Virus record (IMG/VR): IMGVR_UViG_3300032315_000228 | Location: 1-61,069 of that record | DNA from: a virus | Lineage: Duplodnaviria > Caudoviricetes | Direction: 5' to 3' (one strand) | DNA: 61,069 nt | In this document: in pieces, positions 25,342 through 32,756 of the stretch | How the letters are laid out: the number at the start of each line of letters is the position of its first letter | Position numbering within the stretch: the first letter of the stretch is position 1 | Notes under the pieces: generated by a model | Databases searched by the model: none | Told to the model about the DNA's origin: nothing | Seen by the model: the letters and a program-made list of their open reading frames with translations, nothing else | Made by a program: the position numbers and the translations under genes

Positions 25342-25571
25342 GAGAACCAGCACAACACTTCTACGCTTCTAGCGTAGCGCAATGGGCAACGACTACACCT
25401 GAGCGGGACTTGCGCCAGCTACTCAAGCTGATGGACAAGGATGGGTATTCATACAACCTGTTCCTTGTACCTGTGGCGCACGATGCACAGTACGGCATCA
25501 AGATGTTCCAACCCCAAGTCGAGGGCACTCAATGGCTTGGGTTCTTTGAAGTAAAGAGAGGGAGAAAGTAA
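25338..25571 (+). CDS. Hypothetical protein
   Basis: SD CAGGAGAA. Confidence 0.75.
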   Translation: MREPAQHFYASSVAQWATTTPERDLRQLLKLMDKDGYSYNLFLVPVAHDAQYGIKMFQPQVEGTQWLGFFEVKRGRK

Positions 25572-25787
25572 ATGAATCAAGAAGAAAAGCAGCTACTAGC
25601 TGACAGCTACGCTAATGCGTGGATGGCAGTCAAGGGCGGAACGACAACAGTCGAGGTACTCGACCACGGATGGTTTGTCATCAAGCATAGCTATATGCCC
25701 CTGCATTCAAACAAAGTGAGGGCAATCAAACTGCTAAAGGGCTTGGCCATACTGACCAAGCGCATAGCTAACAACGACATAGGGTAA
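25572..25787 (+). CDS. Hypothetical protein
   Basis: SD GGGAGAA. Confidence 0.7.
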   Translation: MNQEEKQLLADSYANAWMAVKGGTTTVEVLDHGWFVIKHSYMPLHSNKVRAIKLLKGLAILTKRIANNDIG

Positions 25788-25791
25788 TGAA

Positions 25792-25810
25792 CAGGGTCAC
25801 AGTGACCCGA
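25792..25810. repeat. 19-bp palindrome copy 4, CAGGGTCACAGTGACCCGA
   Basis: Two mismatches at the left edge; just after the stop at 25787. Confidence 0.85.
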
Positions 25811-25864
25811 TTCTTATGGGTTAGTGGTGTGCCCTCTCACACCACATTCGAAACCGAGGAGATA

Positions 25865-27229
25865 ATGATGAAGATAAACTTCACAACACTGGTAAATGAA
25901 CTGGCAACCATCCTGCGTGGTGGTGCTACATATCAACGAGGCGATGGATACCGCTTCTACAACGAGTACCAAACCTGCCCATGCCGTGACTGGCATGGCA
26001 GAGAGCAACGCAAGTACCCGATGCACCCCGCTGTATTGAAAGCGTTAGAGTCAGACTACCGACCCTACGACTGGCACGCACTCACCCTTGAGTGGCCTCA
26101 TGTATCCGAGGACAGTACACGCCTTGCATACACACGAGACGACAGAGCAGGTGAGGCAGACCGACAGACTGTCACGACTGTGGGCAAGTATCTGACTCGA
26201 CACTTCAGGGATATGCCCGACCATGATGTACGCAACCTCGTTGCGCTGTATGCCGCAGGTGAGACCTGCAAATTAGTGTACACAATGGCCGAGATGCTTC
26301 ATCATATCTTGCGTGGTCCGACATCGTGCATAGGTGGTAGACCATTCGAGGTGCGTTGTGCTGACGGCGAACGCCGTCATCCCTATCAGGTATACGACCC
26401 CAAGTATGGATGGCACATGGCTGTGCGTATCGAGAACGACAACACCGTGGGTCGTGCGTTGTGTATGGCCGATGGTGACGGCAAGTACTTTGTGCGGTCG
26501 TATCGCAAGAACCCCGATGGGTACTCACCAGCAGATGAGCGTCTTGAGGCGTGGCTTATATCGCAGGGCTACACCAAGCAGAGCTACTGGGAGTCAGACA
26601 CACGGCTCGCATACTACGAGGTAAACAGCGGCGAGATACTTGCGCCATACATCGACGGCGGTCATCAGTACGTAGACATCTGCGGTAACCACCTTGAGAT
26701 TAGTAGCGATGGTGAGTACGAGTGTTCACAGACCAGTGGCATAGCGCAAGACGGTAATGGTGAGGACTGCCAAGACTGTGGCGACCGAGTGCGTGAGGGT
26801 GATGGCTACTGGGTCGGTCGGCATGAGGACTATCGTGTGTGCGAGTCGTGCTGTGACAGCAGTTACTACTATGCGTATGGTCGCAACGGCTACCAGTACT
26901 ATGTACATGACAGCAACATGGTGCGTGTCGGTGACGATTTCTACGATGAGGACTATATTGGCGACAATGGCATCGTGCGGCTTGAGGATGGCGACTATGC
27001 CTCGATGGATGACTGTGTGTGCATCAACGACGACTGGTATCTGACTGATGACGAGCGTGTCGTGTACTGTGAGGATGTCGAGGAGTACTGTCTTGAAGAA
27101 GATGGGTGCTGGCAATGTGGTGCGTCAGGCAACTGGTACACCGATGAGACAGCGGCAGTAATTGATGCAGGCGGAAATATGTACCACCCCGACCATGCAC
27201 CTGAACAAGAAACCACTGAAGGAGAATAA
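25865..27229 (+). CDS. Hypothetical protein with a Cys/acid-rich Zn-ribbon-repeat C-terminus
   Basis: Start reassigned to 25865 or 25868 (SD GAGGAG); CQDC, CESC, YCEDV, WQCG repeats. Confidence 0.8.
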   Translation: MMKINFTTLVNELATILRGGATYQRGDGYRFYNEYQTCPCRDWHGREQRKYPMHPAVLKALESDYRPYDWHALTLEWPHVSEDSTRLAYTRDDRAGEADRQTVTTVGKYLTRHFRDMPDHDVRNLVALYAAGETCKLVYTMAEMLHHILRGPTSCIGGRPFEVRCADGERRHPYQVYDPKYGWHMAVRIENDNTVGRALCMADGDGKYFVRSYRKNPDGYSPADERLEAWLISQGYTKQSYWESDTRLAYYEVNSGEILAPYIDGGHQYVDICGNHLEISSDGEYECSQTSGIAQDGNGEDCQDCGDRVREGDGYWVGRHEDYRVCESCCDSSYYYAYGRNGYQYYVHDSNMVRVGDDFYDEDYIGDNGIVRLEDGDYASMDDCVCINDDWYLTDDERVVYCEDVEEYCLEEDGCWQCGASGNWYTDETAAVIDAGGNMYHPDHAPEQETTEGE

Positions 27230-27232
27230 TCA

Positions 27233-28330
27233 ATGAATAAGAAATCAATCCTGTACAAGACGCTCAGTCGTGCACTATCAGTCAAGCGCCAGCACAACGG
27301 GCGGGGCGTGGCAATGTTCACCGACTGGCTTGAAGCTCATGTGCCTGCACATCTGCAAGAACGCATCAGTTATGACGATGCGGGTAACTTGCACATAGAC
27401 GCAAGGGTAGACGCAACCAACCGCACTTTGTTCGTAGCCCATGTGGATACCGTGCATCGTGATGAGGGTGCTAACAAGATACGCAAGACCGCAGGCAAGT
27501 GGTATGCCGATGGTGCAGCTCTCGGTGCGGATGATGGCGCTGGTGTTGCTATCCTCATGCATCTGCTGTGCGGCGGTGTACCCGCATACTACGTGTTCAC
27601 GCAAGGTGAGGAGTGTGGTGGTATCGGTGCTCGGGCTATGTCCGCAGACACAGCGTTGCTGTCACAGTTTGACCGTGCCATCGCGTTCGACCGCCGAGGT
27701 ATTGACAGCGTCATCACGCATCAGGGGTATGGGCGGTGTTGCTCGGATACATTCGCTCAAGCCTTGGCCGACTCGCTCTCATCAGGCAACGTGCTCATGT
27801 ACTTAGGCGACGACTCAGGTATCTACACAGATACCGCAGAGTTTGTGGATGTCATACCCGAGTGCACCAACATCAGCGTGGGGTATATGTACGAGCACAG
27901 CGACAGAGAAGAGCTCAACATCCACCACTTCACCGCCTTGGCTGACGCTGTGCTTACCCTGCCGTGGGATACCTTGCCGACCGAGCGAGACCCCTCGGTG
28001 CGAGAGAGTAAGTGGGACAGCTACGACTACGCATACGCCATGCCATCAGGTGCGTGGACTAAGGACTGGTGGAAGACATACAAGGATGAGTACACGATGG
28101 AGATGCAGGTAGAGGATGCCATCATCGACGCACAGGTCGGTATCTTTGAGCCCCTGGTCGAGCTCATGGCTGAGTGTATCTACCCCGAAGACCCAGCCCT
28201 TGCCAAACGTAGCATACGCAAGAGTATGTTGACCGACGAGTTGTTAGAGGATGCGTTGCATATGCTCAAGGCATATGACGCAGACACCGTGTTGCTGACT
28301 CTGTATGACAACGCGTATACAGATATGTGA
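27233..28330 (+). CDS. M28/M20-clan zinc peptidase
   Basis: AHVDTVH, GADDGAG, GEECG, AFDRRG, YTD, EHS metal-ligand motifs. Confidence 0.85.
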   Translation: MNKKSILYKTLSRALSVKRQHNGRGVAMFTDWLEAHVPAHLQERISYDDAGNLHIDARVDATNRTLFVAHVDTVHRDEGANKIRKTAGKWYADGAALGADDGAGVAILMHLLCGGVPAYYVFTQGEECGGIGARAMSADTALLSQFDRAIAFDRRGIDSVITHQGYGRCCSDTFAQALADSLSSGNVLMYLGDDSGIYTDTAEFVDVIPECTNISVGYMYEHSDREELNIHHFTALADAVLTLPWDTLPTERDPSVRESKWDSYDYAYAMPSGAWTKDWWKTYKDEYTMEMQVEDAIIDAQVGIFEPLVELMAECIYPEDPALAKRSIRKSMLTDELLEDALHMLKAYDADTVLLTLYDNAYTDM

Positions 28331-28345
28331 CGGGTGTATTTTTGT

Positions 28346-28369
28346 GCAGGGGAATTCCCCTGCGTTTTT
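28346..28369 (+). terminator. Probable intrinsic terminator
   Basis: GCAGGGGAATTCCCCTGC perfect inverted repeat followed by GTTTTT. Confidence 0.65.
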
Positions 28370-28388
28370 AACTTAAAGGAGAAGTAAC

Positions 28389-28586
28389 ATGAAACGATTT
28401 GTAATCTTTGGAGACATCGAGTTCTTTGATAGGTACGATGCCTTGGTGTATAGCGTCAAGAGCGCTGAGTTCATAGCCGATGCTGACATCGAGGCGCGAG
28501 CCGCCGAGTTAGATAACTGTGACTTCATAGTGCCGCACTACTGCACATGCAGGATTGCGTTTGTTCAACATCACGAGGAGACCTGA
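28389..28586 (+). CDS. Hypothetical protein
   Basis: SD AAAGGAGAAGTAAC. Confidence 0.75.
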   Translation: MKRFVIFGDIEFFDRYDALVYSVKSAEFIADADIEARAAELDNCDFIVPHYCTCRIAFVQHHEET

Positions 28587-28587
28587 A

Positions 28588-28827
28588 ATGAATGGATTAG
28601 ATGCATACCATGACAGCCTGCTGGCTGCACACAACGAGGGCTACGACTACGAACCGCCGTGGTCGGTGGTTGCCTACGAGGGTGAGGGCGGGGGCTATAT
28701 CGTAGTCAACGAGGATGGTGAAGAAGACAAGATGGGTTTCGTGTTCGACACCGAGCGCGAGGCACAGAGATACGCCGATGGACTTAACAAAGAGGAGATA
28801 TACGATGACGACTTCTACATTGAGTGA
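28588..28827 (+). CDS. Hypothetical acidic protein
   Basis: Start reassigned, SD GAGGAG. Confidence 0.7.
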   Translation: MNGLDAYHDSLLAAHNEGYDYEPPWSVVAYEGEGGGYIVVNEDGEEDKMGFVFDTEREAQRYADGLNKEEIYDDDFYIE

Positions 28828-29008
28828 ACCCGACTTCTACAGCGGCAAGATGCTGGGAACAACGAGTGAGCTTCTTAACGAGGCACACAACCATTTGCAA
28901 GACGCAGGCTTCTACGCCGAGGCGGGGGAGACGGCCTTGTGCCTAGCATCCATAGCCAAAGTGTACGCCCTGCACGAGCAGATGAGCAAAATACTAGGAG
29001 AAGAGTAA
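28805..29008 (+). CDS. Hypothetical protein
   Basis: Start reassigned, SD GAGGAG. Confidence 0.65.
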   Translation: MTTSTLSEPDFYSGKMLGTTSELLNEAHNHLQDAGFYAEAGETALCLASIAKVYALHEQMSKILGEE

Positions 29009-29226
29009 TGCGCGTACGAAAAGTTAGAAATCAAAACAGAGTTGGCAAGATAATCTTAACGCCGACTGAGGTGAGCTTAATTTTCAAGCTAGGTTTGAAA
29101 TTTGAAGATTACATCAAACAAGCGCTAGTTTTAATAGCCCAAAAGCGTAAATGGGAATGGTACTTTAGCAAGGAGAAGAACGATGAAACTAGCCTACCTG
29201 TGCGCCGTCCTAGTGCTGGCGCTTGA
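29008..29226 (+). CDS. Hypothetical basic protein
   Basis: Start reassigned, SD TAGGAGAA. Confidence 0.6.
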   Translation: MRVRKVRNQNRVGKIILTPTEVSLIFKLGLKFEDYIKQALVLIAQKRKWEWYFSKEKNDETSLPVRRPSAGA

Positions 29227-29252
29227 CCTTTTTATATGGAGACCTGACACAA

Positions 29253-29501
29253 ATGCAAACAACCAACTACGACCTGAATACCCACGAGGGCATAGAGAAC
29301 TCAAAGCTTTGGCTATCCATCGCTCTGACGATGCTTTCAGACAACGCCACTTGGGGAATCCCTCGCTCCAACACCGTCGTGCGTATCAACAAGCAGAACA
29401 AAACTGCAACAGTTACACACCAAGACTTACCCGACGTCAGTATCGAGCTTGTATTCGAGGCTTTAGGGTGGACGGTGGAGTACGCCGATAGTACCCGCTA
29501 A
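29253..29501 (+). CDS. Hypothetical protein (MQTTNYDL...)
   Basis: SD GGAG; overlapped by alternative ORF 29183..29491, which has its own SD. Confidence 0.55.
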   Translation: MQTTNYDLNTHEGIENSKLWLSIALTMLSDNATWGIPRSNTVVRINKQNKTATVTHQDLPDVSIELVFEALGWTVEYADSTR

Positions 29502-29503
29502 CT

Positions 29504-29542
29504 TGTCTAACACTTGACAACCTCGTATGGGCGAGGTACATT
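29504..29542 (+). promoter_or_regulatory. Sigma70 promoter TTGACA-17-TACATT with dyad TGTCTAACACTTGACA overlapping the -35
   Basis: -35 at 29514-29519, -10 at 29537-29542; dyad 29504-29519. Confidence 0.7.
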
Positions 29543-29562
29543 TTTTAACAAAGGAGAAAGCA

Positions 29563-30060
29563 ATGCCAGACATTAAAACAGCCATGAGCGGTGTGCTCGA
29601 TGAATGGGAATTAGATAATCAACAACAGGAGAAGCAAGTGAAACACATACCACACTTTAAAGTAACTAACAACGTAACACGAGCAACATTCGATTACGTT
29701 AAAAACAACCCGCACAAATCATGCAAGACCATCTGCGTAGCATTGGAGAAGGATGGGTACAAGCCAGCATCTGTTGGCTCATTGCTCACGCAGTTTGTTA
29801 AGAATGGGTTGTGCATGAGGGATGCGAATGGCAACTACACGACGATAGTCAACGAGTACAAGCCCATAAAGGTAAGCAAGCAACTTAAAGCGGCGCAGGT
29901 CATACAGAAAGCCAAAGTTACACGAGGCGAGGGCATCGCCGCGCTCAGTCCGCAGCCTACGGTGAAGCTAGTGTGGGATGCGGATACAGTCATTAACAAC
30001 ATCGGCTTGAAGCAGGCGCACGCCCTGTATAAAGAGCTTGGCAAATATTTTGGAGGTTGA
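29563..30060 (+). CDS. Putative winged-helix DNA-binding protein
   Basis: TRATFDYVKNNP...SVGSLLTQFVKNG; start reassigned (SD AAGGAGAAAGCA). Confidence 0.6.
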   Translation: MPDIKTAMSGVLDEWELDNQQQEKQVKHIPHFKVTNNVTRATFDYVKNNPHKSCKTICVALEKDGYKPASVGSLLTQFVKNGLCMRDANGNYTTIVNEYKPIKVSKQLKAAQVIQKAKVTRGEGIAALSPQPTVKLVWDADTVINNIGLKQAHALYKELGKYFGG

Positions 30061-30061
30061 T

Positions 30062-30181
30062 ATGTGGGATGTCCTTGTAACATTTATGTTGATGATGTTT
30101 GGTGCGTTCACTGTGATTGCATTCGGTGCGATTCTTATTTGGACGTTGTACTTAATACAGAATGGAGTTGATGATGAGTGA
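30062..30181 (+). CDS. Small single-pass membrane protein (39 aa)
   Basis: SD GGAGGT; hydrophobic. Confidence 0.6.
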   Translation: MWDVLVTFMLMMFGAFTVIAFGAILIWTLYLIQNGVDDE

Positions 30182-30443
30182 TAAACAAGTAAAAATAACT
30201 GAGAAGACTAGCGCAGGGTTATGCGATGCGCTGTTTGATGAATTTGATATGCTACGCAACGGCTTGAGCGATGCACATAGAGCATCCGCTGTTGCTAAAT
30301 TAGCTGTTCAGATTATTAACACAAAAAAGCTTGAGATTGAAGCCGCTGCTTTCCACAAGGCAGGATTGCGCTTCGTTCCTCTTGCTTTAACTGCCAACGG
30401 CATACCCATCGGGAAAGAAGAACGTGTTGAAGCAAGCGTTTGA
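30174..30443 (+). CDS. Hypothetical protein
   Basis: SD GGAG; LCDALFDEFDMLRNG. Confidence 0.7.
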   Translation: MSDKQVKITEKTSAGLCDALFDEFDMLRNGLSDAHRASAVAKLAVQIINTKKLEIEAAAFHKAGLRFVPLALTANGIPIGKEERVEASV

Positions 30444-30879
30444 TTTCATGCAAGAAACCGATAGGGCACATATACACGGCGAGACTAGGGCAAAGATACT
30501 TGCTTTGGTCAAGGAGATTGATGCCGTGTACAAGCAGCACGTACGTGAACCAACAGGCATGGTGTGTGACATATGTGGCAAGGGCGATACCGACTCCATC
30601 CATAAAGTCAAGGATGTTGTCAATGGGTTTGAGCACCGCGAACATATGTCACCACGCCTGTGCTACGGACACAGTTGTGGCTGGAACAGTGTATACACAA
30701 AGTTTGAGTATCGCAGGAAGTATCAACTACTTGGTCTGAACAAGAAAGTTTTTAGTGAAATGCTTGAGATGGCGAGGACTGTGTTTGATGAGCCTGTCTT
30801 GTCAGATGAGGAGATTGACTTGCACTTTGCGCAGTACCTTGCCAAGCAACTACAGAAAACAGTAAAGGAGTACACATGA
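30424..30879 (+). CDS. Hypothetical protein with Cys/His Zn-binding motifs
   Basis: CDICG...LCYGH. Confidence 0.65.
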   Translation: MLKQAFDFMQETDRAHIHGETRAKILALVKEIDAVYKQHVREPTGMVCDICGKGDTDSIHKVKDVVNGFEHREHMSPRLCYGHSCGWNSVYTKFEYRRKYQLLGLNKKVFSEMLEMARTVFDEPVLSDEEIDLHFAQYLAKQLQKTVKEYT

Positions 30880-31148
30880 CTGAAGAAGACGAAGCGTTCA
30901 ACGAGATTGAGCGCAGAAGTGTGGCTAAGAAAGAAGCTGTGAGGGCAACAATAGATATGAAAGAAGAGTTAACCAAGGCTCTTATTGAGAGCTATGACCA
31001 AGGGGTTAAAGACGCATTGGAATCAGTCATACAAGCCATCAAAGAACTGCGCCCCGCCATCATGCCGTTGGAGGGCATGGGTAGAGGCAAGGCCACGCAA
31101 GAATGGTTTGACATCTTGGTAAAACACATTGAGGAGATGAAGCAATGA
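30876..31148 (+). CDS. Hypothetical protein
   Basis: SD AAGGAG, coupled. Confidence 0.7.
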   Translation: MTEEDEAFNEIERRSVAKKEAVRATIDMKEELTKALIESYDQGVKDALESVIQAIKELRPAIMPLEGMGRGKATQEWFDILVKHIEEMKQ

Positions 31149-31285
31149 TTTGGCTACTTGAGGACCACGCACTGTGGCGTTTGAGCAAAGACAAACAATT
31201 GGTGTGGTGTTGTAGCTGCACTAAGTTCTTACCTTGGTCAATGATTTATACCGTCCTTGCATGGACAGGGGAGAAGAACGCATGA
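31145..31285 (+). CDS. Hypothetical protein (46 aa)
   Basis: ATGA coupling at both ends. Confidence 0.55.
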   Translation: MIWLLEDHALWRLSKDKQLVWCCSCTKFLPWSMIYTVLAWTGEKNA

Positions 31286-31557
31286 TTGAAAAAGACGACA
31301 CCATCAAGAACTATGTTCCTATTGGAAGTATTGAGTTGAAGTTGGCTGTGGCAAGGGCAGAGGGCTACGCCATTCGGGTTGAAGAAACAAGGTATCACCA
31401 CGTTGTTGATGGGACAGTTGTTACCAGCGTAGATGAGAGCAAGCCAAAATACTATTACTACTCTGATGACCCAAAACACCAACCCAATCGCTTGCTTCCA
31501 TTGCTTAACCCATACCGCATTGCAATGGAGTTTTATTTGAAGGAGAAGAACACATGA
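31282..31557 (+). CDS. Hypothetical protein
   Basis: Start reassigned, SD GGGAGAA. Confidence 0.7.
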   Translation: MIEKDDTIKNYVPIGSIELKLAVARAEGYAIRVEETRYHHVVDGTVVTSVDESKPKYYYYSDDPKHQPNRLLPLLNPYRIAMEFYLKEKNT

Positions 31558-31769
31558 CACAAGATGAAATCATTAATGCAGCAAGTAAGTTGGGGCTGTC
31601 GTCCATGTACGATGCCTCGCGTGATACGTACTCAAACTGGGGGGACAAAGTTCTAGCCTTTGCCAAACTGGTAGCCGCCAAAGAACGTGAAGCAGTTGCT
31701 CAGATGGTAGAGCCGTGGCTTTTGCCTGAGTACGTGGAAAAAATAAGAGCAAGGAGTACACATGATTGA
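31554..31769 (+). CDS. Hypothetical protein (FAKLVAAKEREA motif)
   Basis: SD AAGGAGAA. Confidence 0.7.
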   Translation: MTQDEIINAASKLGLSSMYDASRDTYSNWGDKVLAFAKLVAAKEREAVAQMVEPWLLPEYVEKIRARSTHD

Positions 31770-31923
31770 ACAAATCAAAACATTTTTTGGGAAGTTGCGT
31801 GGCTTGCATGGGCAACGCAAAGTTATAGTAGAGCAGGGATTGATATGGCGTTGCACCAAATGCCACCACATTTTTTTAACCAAGGAAGAGGGGGCAAAAC
31901 ATGATAGTGAAAACAATTGTTGA
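31762..31923 (+). CDS. Zn-finger-like microprotein (53 aa; CTKCHHIF...H...C)
   Basis: SD AAGGAG. Confidence 0.6.
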   Translation: MIEQIKTFFGKLRGLHGQRKVIVEQGLIWRCTKCHHIFLTKEEGAKHDSENNC

Positions 31924-32080
31924 GAACGATGATGGCACAATGACCATCACTTGTGACTTTGAGCCAGCAGAGATACGCGCTTGCGTAGAGGTTGGGTTTT
32001 TAAAACTTCTCAAGGACTACCTTGATGAACATGCCCCATTCCATGGAAGGAATATTGATGCTGAAACCAAAGAAGCGTGA
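31901..32080 (+). CDS. Hypothetical protein (59 aa, MIVKTIVENDDG...)
   Basis: SD GAGGGG. Confidence 0.65.
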   Translation: MIVKTIVENDDGTMTITCDFEPAEIRACVEVGFLKLLKDYLDEHAPFHGRNIDAETKEA

Positions 32081-32261
32081 ACTGACCAAGAACGGGAGAA
32101 GCATAAGCGCCCAAGTAACACAGAGTGAGTACGAAGAGTGGGTAAAGCTTGGCAAAGTTAAATGGTTCAGATCATTTTTAAAAGATAGCAGGTTTGAAAG
32201 GGAAGCAAATGGCAATGACACCGGAAGCAAAAGTAAAGAAGCGCGTCAAGGCAATCCTTGA
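32058..32261 (+). CDS. Small putative DNA-binding (ribbon-helix-helix-like) protein
   Basis: ISAQVTQSEYEEWVKLG..WFRSFL. Confidence 0.5.
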   Translation: MLKPKKRELTKNGRSISAQVTQSEYEEWVKLGKVKWFRSFLKDSRFEREANGNDTGSKSKEARQGNP

Positions 32262-32526
32262 TGAGCTAAAGGTATACCACTTCTCGCCTATGCAAAACGG
32301 TATGGGCAGAGCGGGTATCCCTGACATCGTGGCGTGCCATTGCGGGAAGTTCATTGGGATAGAGTGCAAGGCGGGTAGCAATAAACCCACAGCACTACAG
32401 GAGCGCGAACTCAACCGCATACTAAACGCAGGCGGTGAGGCATACGTAATCAACGAAGAAAATATAGAACAACTTAGAGAGGAGTTGATATGGAACAAAA
32501 CGCTATTGAACGTAGGCTCGAGCTAA
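32209..32526 (+). CDS. VRR-NUC domain nuclease (putative resolvase)
   Basis: TPEAKVK...GIPDIV...GIECKAG..PTALQ. Confidence 0.85.
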   Translation: MAMTPEAKVKKRVKAILDELKVYHFSPMQNGMGRAGIPDIVACHCGKFIGIECKAGSNKPTALQERELNRILNAGGEAYVINEENIEQLREELIWNKTLLNVGSS

Positions 32527-32756
32527 TGAACGAGGAAGAGCGCGAGCACTTCAAGATGGTTGTAATGCAACTGATTAAGTGCTACGGCCCTGACCCAGAC
32601 CAAGCGGTACTACTTATCAAAACAGACGGGGAGATGGCAGGGCTCATCACCATGAATGTTGACGACATGGAAGCTGCGGAGCTTTTGCTCGAGGCAAACG
32701 ATTTTTTCGGCTATCTAAATATGGTTGGCGCACCACCAAAGGAGGCATTTAATTGA
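32490..32756 (+). CDS. Hypothetical protein
   Basis: SD GAGGAG; coupled to polA. Confidence 0.7.
   Translation: MEQNAIERRLELMNEEEREHFKMVVMQLIKCYGPDPDQAVLLIKTDGEMAGLITMNVDDMEAAELLLEANDFFGYLNMVGAPPKEAFN

Noticed and set aside
21861-25810. Palindromic repeats as a CRISPR array, with 35037 as cas4
   Set aside because: Spacing is 0.5-2.3 kb and contains whole genes; there is no cas operon; the nuclease is a typical phage replication exonuclease
25787-25864. N-terminal extension of the 480-aa ORF (likewise the ORF at 21871..22056)
   Set aside because: It runs through the palindrome and structured leader; a good SD supports a start at 25865 or 25868
29183-29491. 102-aa ORF overlapping 29253..29501 as a true dual-coding gene
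   Set aside because: It has a good SD, but only the first ~21 hydrophobic residues look protein-like; the rest is probably run-on and cannot be resolved without homologues
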